Positions 52,996 through 64,000 of a DNA stretch of 64,000 nt are shown here, piece after piece. Where the stretch lies: assembly GCA_951406725.2 (NCBI GenBank), contig OX597822.1, positions 111,352,001 to 111,416,000 on the forward strand. Reading direction: 5' to 3'. The notes beneath the pieces were generated by a model. That model was given only the letters and a program-made list of their open reading frames with translations. It did no database searches and was not told the DNA's origin. This DNA comes from Octopus vulgaris. Taxonomy: Eukaryota. Every line of letters starts with the position of its first letter. Within the stretch, counting starts at the first letter, position 1. Position numbers and translations under genes: made by a program.

Positions 52996-55859
52996 GTTTT
53001 AAACGATTTCATTTTACAGACTCGCCCACTGAATTAGTCTCTGACATAAGCCGATGTATGATTTTATATCTCTTTACTTGTTGTAAATATGTATAACGTA
53101 TTTCAGATATCTGGTGTTCGTTATCATGAAATAATAATGTATTTTACTGATTGCAAACGCTGCAAGAGAGTTTTAATCTAAAGTATTTGTTTGGTAAATA
53201 GAAAATAATGATATCGCAAATGAGGAGTGACGTTAGAACCTGATTAGAATTCTTTATAAAATATAAAATTTTACAATTTATATGAAGCAGGTTGTGATGT
53301 AACATCCTCATTTGGAATATCATTCATTATTAAATTCTTTTATCTTTATTGAATGAATGAAGGTGAGTTTTTTAATGATAGAATTTCTTTGCGAAATTTG
53401 CGAGAATGAATTTGAAAAATAACAAATAATGACATATATTTTCTAATATTCTAATCTAATATTCAATAATTTTTCAATTGCAGAGCAGAATATTGAATTG
53501 TAAATTTGGCGAAGAATAATCTCCGCTTGGTTTTGGAATTTAAATGAGTTGATAATAACATCAGTAGCTCCTACAAAACAATATGTATGTAATTTGAGAA
53601 GCGTATAAACTTATAAAAGTATTTTTATGGTTCTTTTTATTTATTTATTTACAGAAGCGTCGTAAGAATTCAACGGTAGGGCTGTACATTAGAACACTAT
53701 CATATGTTGTTTTTCGGATGTATTCCTTTGCAGAATAGTAATTCCATTGGTTTTAATCGTTTTCTCGTTGTCTAAGATGGTTTTAAACGACTTCGCTGTA
53801 AACGTCAGCATCCGTTATTCTCTTCATCAGTCATTATGGAATGAAAGGAATTTTTTAATATATTCATTTTGACGAAATTTGAGAAAATAGGGTTTATAAG
53901 GAAACAGCTACAGAATTCTTAATCTATTCTGTATTTTTCAAATCATATCCTAAATGCAAATGTGTGCCTCAAATGTGTGGGTTGATTGAGCAATATTTAC
54001 CATATATTACAAATTTTGTGATGGATATTTTTGTGACATTACCAATACTGTTGAAAATGGTAAAAAAAAAACAAATGATTTTAGAAGCCATTATCGTTGT
54101 AAAGTAGATATTTATTTTTAATAGTTATCATTTACGTCTCTGAGGCACAGTGGGCTCTCGACAGACTGGACTACAACATTTGTATCTCAGAAGTAGTCGT
54201 CTATTCTGTCGAAAAATTGAACTTGCGTTCAAATCTGATTCCAGCTTCTCATAATTTTTCCTTCCGCCTTCTAAAGCTAAACACAAAAAATCTGCGCGTA
54301 ACAGATTCACATCGAGGCTTTGATCCGTATTTTCACTTTCATTCTGTATTATTATTTTCATAGAAATTATGAAGTATTTTAACAATATTCTTTTATCAAG
54401 ATCCGTGAAGAAACATTATGAATCGTTATTGATTCGTTTGGAGTCAGCTTACAACAAAATCAAATAGGCGATAAACTAGATGGGGTAACCTTCAAAATGT
54501 TTTCACAATTACTGTTCTCAATGAAGCCTAATATGCTGGAATAACATTTGGAGATCAATGCAAAGGCACGTCATTGCTATTATTCCTCAAAGAAGGTGCC
54601 ACATATGAGATCTTCAGTATATGAAATTATTTCTGATTAGAAGTATTCGCGAAACATACCATCCTTGGATTCTGTAATTAAAAAACAAATTCTTTTTTGT
54701 GGGTCAATAACAAAACCTTCATCAACTGCACGAGACCTCAGAACTACGATATGGATTGAATTCACGTGACTGAATCGTTCTCTATACACATGCGTACCAC
54801 ATCTAGAGCTCTCATTTTACTTTCGCGATGGTAACGCTTATTTAACTATAAAAACATTTGGGTTGCTGCATTTGGTATCACTTTTAACCACCGTATATCT
54901 GTATAAGGATACAAATGATATGGTTTTTGAAATCGATGCTACAGAAATTTAAGTTATATTCACATATTGTATATATCGAGAACATTTAATTTTCAAAACG
55001 TAATTAGAGACGAAGTAATTTTTTTATAGTGGTGTAACTATTGTTGGCATTTTTATTATTAGTAGTAGTTACCGCACAGTCATAAGTCAAGGTTAGATCC
55101 AACCGAGTTATTTCTTCAGGTTACCTCTAAGGCAGATTTTTCCCACGATCATGGCTCTTGGGGTATCATGAATAATACAGTTTTATACGTCATTAAGAAG
55201 TATCGTTTCTATTTTACTCAGCAGGAGTGAATTCGGAACTTATGATGATTTATGTTCATGGCATACGAATTCTTCAAGATATACGAAGGTAAAAAATAAA
55301 ACCTGTCATTCTTATTAACAGATTAAAATTATTATTTTCAATCTATTAAAACCTGTACTAATAGAAGTAGATATGATCAATTGATTTACCATAGCAACTA
55401 AAGCATAATGTAAATTCAAGTTGGATTTCAATTGCTTTAAAACAATAAATAGAAAAAAATAAGCTCACTGGAATTGTTGCTTTCAAAATACTATGAATTC
55501 TTTCAGCACACATTAGTGAGTTATTGTATCAAAGTATTTCTCAATTTTCACGTGGAATATAAATGATTTCTAGAAAAGTAGCAGAAAATATATGTAAGTG
55601 ACAAGTATATCATTAGAATTTACAGCAAGATTAATGCATTTTCCATGGTCTTATTACGTATAAAATTGATATAAAAGTAATTTCAGAATTTTTTGTATCT
55701 AATGCAATATAAGTTACAGGATACTGCACGGTTTATCTTTCCAACACTTAGACATCAAAATTAAATCAAGTTTCGAATTTTACGCGCTTCATGACGTTCC
55801 CAAGATATACGTTTATATAATCATCGTCTCTAACAGCCTACTGTAAGATTATTGCTATA

Positions 55860-55895
<36 letters not shown>

Positions 55896-56830
55896 TATTT
55901 ATATAAAATCATCATCATGGCATATACTTCCATGTGTAGGTTTGCGATTTATATGACTATATTGATATTTTATCAGAGATAAAACATGAAATGTGATATA
56001 CTATTCGGAAGCATTAGTACATGACATTCTTTATAAAAGACAGAGACAGAACAGCTTGCTGAAAAAAAATTCTGATTGTTGCATGTATGAGCATGTTAAA
56101 TACCTGACAGAATCGCTTAAACGAAGGACAAAATGCTCTATGGCATTTGTTCTGGTCCTTTACTATTTCGGTTCGAATTCTACACAGATTAGATAATATA
56201 ATGTACTAGTCACGTACTGAGTGTTCTATGGCATCGACTACTCCTCTGCCACGAAAACTACTGGTCTTGTGCCTTAAATAGGAACTATTATTATACAAGC
56301 GATGAGTAAGCTTAATCGATAGAGCATCGGAAAAATCATTGCCGCATTTCCTCCGACTCTTTACGTTCTAAATTGAAATCACGACGACAGACTTTTGTTT
56401 TTCGTCCGTCATCCAGATGTCGATAAAATGAAATAGTATTACTGAGCTTGAAGGTATCAATTAACACCCTCTCCTCAAAAACACTGTCTTTATACTTATA
56501 TCGAGGGCCATTGCGATTGTTATACTCTCCCGAGTAAATCGGACGTGTTTATAGGGCGTTCCAAATTATGTAACGGTGGAATATTTATTGAATATTTATT
56601 GAAAATTTTCCCTTACATAACATTCTTAAGAACAGGGATATTCAATTCATACTTAAATGGGATGAAAAATAAGATATATATTTTCTTTGTTTCTTAAAAT
56701 CCTGGACGAAATTTTCTGAAAAACATGAAAAAGATGCACGTGAGAAACAACTACAATGTCCAGTGAAGGACAATTTGTGAAAGTATGAATACCCACGGAT
56801 ATCAACTAATATAAACAAAAGATATGTTTA

Positions 56831-56885
<55 letters not shown>

Positions 56886-57321
56886 TTATTTATTTATCTG
56901 TCTGTCTGTCTATGTATACATATATACATATATATGTATATGTGTGTCCTGTTTACGTAATTTTTTAGAGTTCAAAATGATAAAGGGTTCTTCAACTTAG
57001 TGCTTTCCTAAATGGTATTCAATGAAGATACTAAGAGTGCGATGGAAATAACCACTGGATTGGAGGTCCTGGACTAAAATGAGCTAAGAGTTTGTTTCTT
57101 AACACACAGCAAGTGATTCTTCAGAATCTCTTGGTAATTTAAGAGATAAATAGATCTCTTTAGTGTAGATAAAAATGTTGTTGTACCAATACGTATTTGT
57201 ATCTATATGGAGGCATTAAAGCAGTAAACCAGGTTTCAAATTCAAGAAAGAGAATCTGTTCAAGTTATTCTAGATATTCGAAGTACAAGATGCAATTATA
57301 AAAAGTCATGAATTTTAAATA

Positions 57322-57543
57322 TATTTCTTTACTACCCACAAGGGGCTAAACACAGAGGGGTCAAACAAGGACAGACAAAGGGTTTAAGTCGATTACATCG
57401 ACCCTAATGTGGAACTGGTACTTGATTTATCGACCCCGAAAGGATAAAAGGCAAAGTCGACCTCGGCGGAATTTGAACTCGGAATGTAACGACAGACGAA
57501 ATACGGCTATGCATTTCGCCTGGCGTGCTAACGTTTCTGCCAA
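57322..57543 (-). mobile_element. SINE family B, one module
   Basis: Collinear with 46491-46725. Confidence 0.9.
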
Positions 57544-58244
57544 CTGATACTTGAGAATCGCAAAAATATAGAAACCAATATGTTTGGAATGTTCCTACAT
57601 TGCATAATTTAAAGATAAATAAAATGTTAGTATTATTAATTTTCATATTTATATCACTTGTATCCAGACAAAATAGGGTTGAATGAATTTCTTGAAAAAA
57701 CTGCTCTATTGGGGACAACACATCTTTCTATTGTGCAATCTTTATCTTTTAGTGATATTTGATGTTATCTATTTTTATACAGTCTAACCGATGTGCTGTC
57801 TGTAATATTCACGAGTGGGTGTTAGCGATGAAAGATGCTTCAGTCACAGCTCAAAGCTATAATCAGATGTTTGTGTCCTTTTTGTTGTCTTTAATAAATG
57901 TTTGCTTTATTACTAGCTATTGCTTGCAATCAGATATTGGTTTCCGATTCTGATGGTCCACATTCGTTTGTAAGACAATACCTCTTCCATATAAATAGCT
58001 AATATAGCGAAATTTAGAATTGCTTCACTTATATTCGTGAATTCCTTCGTTTGTATGTTTGTATGCATGCATCTATGTATGTATGTAAATATGTCAGTAT
58101 GTGTGTACATGTTTGTAAGTTTTTGTGTATGTATGCATATACAAATATGTGTATATACATACTTATATATATTAACAATTCGGATGGTTTATAGTGGGTA
58201 GCTTACCGATAAAGCACCTACACTTTCACAGTTTTGGTTGTGTA

Positions 58245-58579
58245 TTTGGTTAATGAGAGAGACGGGAGATGGAAGATACAAGAATATTTATTATTCGCTA
58301 CAATTGTTTCGCCCCATCTAGTGTGTTATTTTTATTATTGATCTTCTATATAACTGAAGCTGTATCCTTTAAATGAGAAGATAACTTGTGGAACTGTTCT
58401 TTTAAAGAGTTATATCCATTTATCACGCGAAGAGACACATCTACACAACCGGATGTCCCTAAACTAGTTATTAAGCATCCTACCCGTGAGAGATCGATGC
58501 TACATGCGTCGAAACAATTGTAGGGATTAGTAAATATTCTTGAAGCTTCCAGCTTCGTTCCTGTCATTAACCATTTATG

Positions 58580-58580
<1 letters not shown>
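58245..58580. mobile_element. Diverged inverted pair of PLE-type tails with HHR 3' halves
   Basis: CGAAACAATTGTAG.GA.TA.TAAATATTCTTG occurs on the minus strand (58245-58315) and the plus strand (58505-58580); the CUGANGA half is decayed. Confidence 0.55.
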
Positions 58581-58651
<71 letters not shown>

Positions 58652-58912
58652 TAAATAGATATATTCACATAGGTACATATGATTCAGATGAATAAGATAC
58701 TTAAAGGTGAGACGCCTACTTAAGTCGGAAAAAAATGCACACACAAGAGTTATAGATGAATAACAACCTTGGTACTGGCAGAATAATATATGCCGTTAAT
58801 TGGACCTAAGTAATTAAAATCCACTCTAGATTTTTTCAGACATGTATGTTTTATTAAATATACAGTGCATGAAATACGCGAGGGTCATATTCCAAGGTAG
58901 GTGAATGACAAT

Positions 58913-59263
58913 TGGACAGGTGTCAATTCATTACCGCCGTTCTAACAAATGAGTACATTATATCATTATAAAAGACTGTTTTCTTCACATGAATACATTG
59001 GATGTTACAATCAAGAACATTCAATATCATTTCAAACCACGGCACATACATATTTAGTGATTCTAGGGATTCTGTGGCAAGGTCTCAGTCGTAGAACCAC
59101 TAAATATGTATGTACCTTAGATTCTAAATTTGTTTTTAAGTGTCCTTGGTTGTAACATCCATGCATTCATCTGAAGAAAGCGGTTTTTATAATGGTATAA
59201 TATACTCATTAATCAATTTAAAAAATTCGTTAGAAACGGTGGTAATGAATTGACACCTGTCCA
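58913..59263. mobile_element. MITE with ~38-bp TIRs
   Basis: TGGACAGGTGTCAATTCATTACCGCCGTT... / ...AACGGTGGTAATGAATTGACACCTGTCCA; no ORF; superfamily not determined. Confidence 0.8.
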
Positions 59264-59279
59264 TCAATTGTAACTTACG

Positions 59280-59319
<40 letters not shown>

Positions 59320-59436
59320 AATCAAGGAACGGCCATAATAGGCCATTCCCCCACTAGAAATAACAGCCAAAGCTTCAACCGCAAAATAACATTAATTCCG
59401 CAAACCAGGAGAAAATTAAAAAACATTTACCCTGTA

Positions 59437-59543
59437 ATTTCTTATACGATGCACCGTTTCATCTACTGTTTAATTGTAAACTAACCTGATTAAATTAAAT
59501 CAAGCCAATCTTCCATAGGCCCTTAGATTCGTCAGTAAGAAAT
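59437..59543 (-). ncRNA. Type I hammerhead ribozyme, canonical core, extended stem II (copy 1)
   Basis: atttctta-CTGACGA-atcta(58 nt)tagat-GAAA-CGGTGCATCG-TA-taagaaat; predicted cleavage between 59445 and 59444. Confidence 0.9.
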
Positions 59544-59925
59544 AGCCAGATCGGAACAGATATTTTCACGAGGCATTTCTGTCCCTGCCTCGGCAATATC
59601 TGACCTAAAATTTTCAAATCATCGCACTCGCGCCAAATTTATCGGCAGCAAATAAATATAAGCCGCCGATTCCATTACGGAATCAACCAGAAAATTCATA
59701 ATTAATCAATATAGGGTGGCAAAAAAAATTTTGTAGAATTTTTTTGCCACCAGCGGCCTAGTGGGAAAAAATTAAATAGTCATAGACCATTTATAAGTTC
59801 AACATCACAATCAAGGAACGGCCATAATAGGCCATTCACCCACTAGAAATAACAGCCAAAGATTCAACCGCAAAATAACATTAATTCCGCAAACCAGGAG
59901 AAAATTAAAAAACATTTACCCTGTT

Positions 59926-60032
59926 ATTTCTTATACGATGCACCGTTTCATCTACTGTTTAATGGTAAACTAACCTGATTAAATTAAATCAAGCCAATCT
60001 TCCATAGGCCCTTAGATTCGTCAGTAAGAAAT
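59926..60032 (-). ncRNA. Type I hammerhead ribozyme, canonical core, extended stem II (copy 2)
   Basis: Same motif 489 bp downstream; predicted cleavage between 59934 and 59933. Confidence 0.9.
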
Positions 60033-60412
60033 AGCCAGATCGGAACAGATATTTTCACGAGGCATTTCTGTCCCTGCCTCGGCAATATCTGACCTAAAAT
60101 TTTCAAATCATCGCACTCGCGCCAAATTTATCGGCAGCAAATAAATATAAGCCGCCGATTCCATTAGGGAATCAACCAGAAAATTCATAATTAATCAATA
60201 TAGGGTGGCAAAAAAAATTTTGTAGAATTTTTTTGCCACCAGCGGCCTAGTGGGAAAAAATTAAATAGTCATAGACCATTTATAAGTTCAACATCACAAT
60301 CAAGGAACGGCCATAATAGGCCATTCACCCACTAGAAATATCAGCCAAAGCTTCAACCGCAAAATAACATTAATTCCGCAAACCAGGAGAAAATTAAAAA
60401 ACATTTACCCTG

Positions 60413-60463
<51 letters not shown>

Positions 60464-61651
60464 GAAGATAGAAAGAAAGGAAAAGAGAGAGTGAGAGAGT
60501 GGGAGATAGCCGTATACATACGCATATAGGAATGCATACATATATATATATATATTTCTAGAAATCCTATAATATTGGATTTGCGAATATGAATAGGTTT
60601 TCCTTCAGATATTTCCTTTACACAATTTTAATAGATTCCCTAACGCCTATTCTATTTCCGTCACTTTAGTTATTCTAGTTATTTATATCACCGCAATTAT
60701 ATGACAAATTCAGTAAAATTCCTATTCTAATTCTCAGTGAAATGTTTAATCTCTTCTCATCGCCCTCTGGTTACAAATCATCGGAAGAAACATTCAAAGT
60801 CAATAGACACAGTACACATAATTTCCAACTTGAAAGTATAACAATTATTTTAGTTATGAGCGTATTCTCGCCACTAATTTGTATATTTTCTCAATTATTT
60901 AAAATTCATAAGCAGGATATGTCTATGAATTAGATCGATGTATTATTCTGAACTTTATACCATATAGCATCCCTAACAATATTAGGTCTTGTGGGAATTA
61001 GAATAAACTGAAATTACATAAGGCAAATGACTAGTTTACTTTTTTCATTTCCTCTTGTTACATTGAATGTCTACAAGCTGAACTGCAAAAAAAATAAGTC
61101 TTAGTTATATGTGTTAACGTTTGCCATTTTTTAAAAGCATTTTCTGTGGTGTTTCTGCATATTCGATGTATATTTTATTTAAAAACAGCTAAATATGTTA
61201 CTATATATGCTGATAATAATCAGTAATTTAATCACTTGACAATTTTCAGTTATTCGAAAACGACAAATGTAGCCAATATTAAAACGGAAAAAAAATCTAA
61301 CCACAAATGTGAATGGCATACAGCTTTTAACACGGGAAACACACCATACCTCATATTTTCTAGCTTTATTATTTTTTTAAAATTTACATGATCGTGGTTA
61401 AGTCATAATAGTTATTTTTATTCAGATATAAGAGATAAACAACTTTATTTCAAATAAATTCACAGCGAACTGAGAATTGATTATACAGCTTAGTAGACTA
61501 TGACACGTAACGATTCATCGAATCAGCTCTTTGGAATTTATGTTGAAATTTAATAAATTATGACTACTGCAACAAAAACCCCAGACACATATATGTATGA
61601 ATGTATGTATGTATGTATGTATGTATGTATGTATGTATGTATGTATGTATG

Positions 61652-61682
<31 letters not shown>

Positions 61683-64000
61683 ACATGTATGTATATATAT
61701 ATATACATATATTTATGTGTGTGTGTGTGTGTGTGTGTGTGACCATATTCAATAGATATATATTTTTCCCAGACTGTAGGGTTTTCTTTAATTTACATAT
61801 CGTTATATACTTCTCGTTTATTTGTTTTTTTCTTTCCTTAACCTCTCCTCTTTCTATAGGCTACCTTTGACTTTATATCCTCTAACGTTTTTTTTTTTAA
61901 CCAAACTTAATAGCGTTCAGTTAATCGCTATACTTATCCAACGTATTCTGTTAAAATGTCTTATTGACGAGTTTCATTTCTTCATTTCCTTGAAGAGAAG
62001 ATTACATTGTTTTACACCATGTTTTCTGTTTCTGTTTATCACGTTTTACTGCCTCACAACTGGTATCCGTAAGTTTGTATTCCTATAATATAGAGTGTTC
62101 TGACAAAATGACCGATAAAATACGTAATACACTTGAAAAACACAAGTTATAGAATTTATTTGACTTAAACTCTTGCGGTGTCCCAACGACCGAAACTCAT
62201 AAAAATCATCGTGTGTGAACGACCACGAAGATGCTTCATCTGTTAGAGGTAACAAATATTATATCGTATTATACTGAAATCTTGAAGCATTGATAGTAAA
62301 AGTAATAACAAATGTTATATACGTACACAGGCGTACACATAGACACAATCAAACACACAGTCATAAACAAATACGCCGTCGCTCACAGACGTATACTTAT
62401 TTAGGTGTGCATGTATACAATATACACATATGCTTGTTTATGTCTGTGTGTGTGTTTGTGTACATTTGTAACATTTGTAATTGTTTTTATTGTTCGTGTT
62501 TGCTGCATGATTTTTTTTTTTATTGAAACCTAAATGTAATATGATTTATAATCTGTTACTTCTAATAGGTGAAGCAACTTTATGGTTGTTTACACGATGA
62601 CCAATACAGAGACACTAATATTCTATCTAGTATTGTGTCATCATTAAAATATTACCTCAACTACTACACTTACTAAAACGTTATGTAATATAGCTGGGGT
62701 CGAGATTTAATTTTGCTATTTGAAGATTTCAAAACCATTAGATTATTTAATCTATTTTGTGTTTATTGACTTCCAGCTTTTCATTAAATCAAAACACGTA
62801 AGAATACCAAAAAGTACGCTCTCATGCAATGTTTTTCATCTTCCAGATATAGTAGTTTCCTTATATTTACTTCACAACAATGAACAGCGCTTTGCGTTTA
62901 GCATTTTTGGTAAGTCGTGCGCAAATATAGAAACATATGTTTAAATATCTGCTTGCTTATCAAGTATAATCTTGCTGGAAATAACATAAGCCGGAAGAAC
63001 AAAAATTTTAGAAAAAATAAAATGTATTTTTACAGACATGTATTGTTGGTATTTACACCCACTTTGATTACTATATCGTTTCTTTTACATTCTATCCTTA
63101 GAAATAGTTTTAACTGCCCTTTTAGCGAGGAGAGAGAGACACATTTCTTATCCTCACACATTTTCTAATAAATGATGCGTTATCAAATAACACAATTTAC
63201 AAACACTAAACAAAACTTAAAAAGCACTTATCAAAACACCTAAATTGATTAAAAGGTAGCTATTTTCTAACTTGTGGTAAAATGCTGTGAACTATTAATA
63301 ATAATCATGCTTTCTAAGTCTCATTGCATGTGATAGGTTGTAGACGTGTTGGTAAGACGTCGAAGTACTTGATAGAAACTGAAATTTGTTACCTTGTAAC
63401 TTTTCAACAGAATTAAACTTTATACATGATAGTTATTATGAATTCATCTTGTCGGACCATCATTATTTTTAAGCATTTTAAGTGGCGTTTTATAGTTAAA
63501 ATAGCGACAGACTTGATGTGTGAAACTTTGATTTCTGCAGTTTAACTAATTCTTCAGAATTCGAAAATTCGATGATAAAATATTTCAGTGTGACATGAAA
63601 TCTCCTATGAACTTTATGTTACTATTTATGTTAAAACTCCTAAGTTAATAGATAAGAAAATTTATTTCATATTTCAGTATCATATCATCCACACATCTAT
63701 ACCTATAAAATAGAAGTAAAACGATAGCAATGGCAGATGTGCATAAAATATACACATATACACAGATATGTGTGTACATGACTGCGTGTATATGAAATTA
63801 TGGTAATAAAATGTAAATAAATAAATGATTTTGTGTGAGAAATAGTCAAGCGATACATGTTATACAAGCGATACAAGAGATTCATTGGCAAACATTCTTT
63901 GACTTAGCAGTAACCTTCTAATATGTTTCGAAAGATAAGTTAATAATGGGAAGAATATTAAAAAAAAATTGTCTAAAGCTAATGAAAGCTGTTACTTTAT

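Larger units (their letters stand above)
59315..60415 (-). mobile_element. Retrozyme-like tandem array: 2.25 copies of a 489-bp HHR-containing unit inserted in (TA)n
   Basis: Unit starts at 59315, 59804 and 60293; copies differ at only a handful of bases; non-coding; one HHR per full unit. Confidence 0.88.
53484..63500 (+). pseudogene. Candidate decayed multi-exon gene of unknown family
   Basis: Run of plus-strand AG/GT-bounded segments: 53484-53584, 53655-53675, 55222-55288, 55507-55593, 57783-57868, 60738-60811, 61426-61506, 61860-62068, 62847-62909, plus acceptors before 54125, 62569, 63036 and 63411. Several joins are phase-compatible, but many segments have premature stops. Confidence 0.45.

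Noticed and set aside
54128-54385. Minus-strand 85-aa ORF as a real exon
   Set aside because: Weak acceptor and no recognisable domain; the surrounding splice signals and long decayed frames are on the plus strand.
59315-60415. CRISPR array, simple satellite or LTR/TRIM element
   Set aside because: No unique spacers, no TG...CA ends, and no PBS or PPT seen; the embedded hammerhead and the end position fit a retrozyme better.

Overview
AT-rich, microsatellite-dense animal genomic DNA. The SINE repertoire and repeat style point to a coleoid cephalopod, most likely Octopus (inference). I found no intact protein-coding gene; almost all ORFs in the track are microsatellite artefacts. The window holds tRNA-derived SINEs of four families, decayed LINEs (CR1/L2-like, RTE-like, ORF1 remnants), Penelope-like element (PLE) remnants, one Tc1 copy, one mariner remnant, MITEs and non-autonomous Helitrons. 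The main signal is self-cleaving RNA: type I hammerhead ribozyme (HHR) motifs from several unrelated repeat families. The best case is a 2.25-copy tandem array of a structured 489-bp unit (59315-60415). Each full unit carries a canonical HHR with an unusually long stem II, which is the layout of a non-LTR retrozyme (circular-RNA-forming retroelement). Four other HHRs have the compensatory U3-A8 core, and one HHR relic is fused behind a tRNA-like Pol III head. There are also traces of a decayed multi-exon gene of unknown family (about 53.5-63.5 kb) with an apparently intron-less homologous remnant at about 15.7-18 kb. All structures were derived by eye; none was computed or tested.
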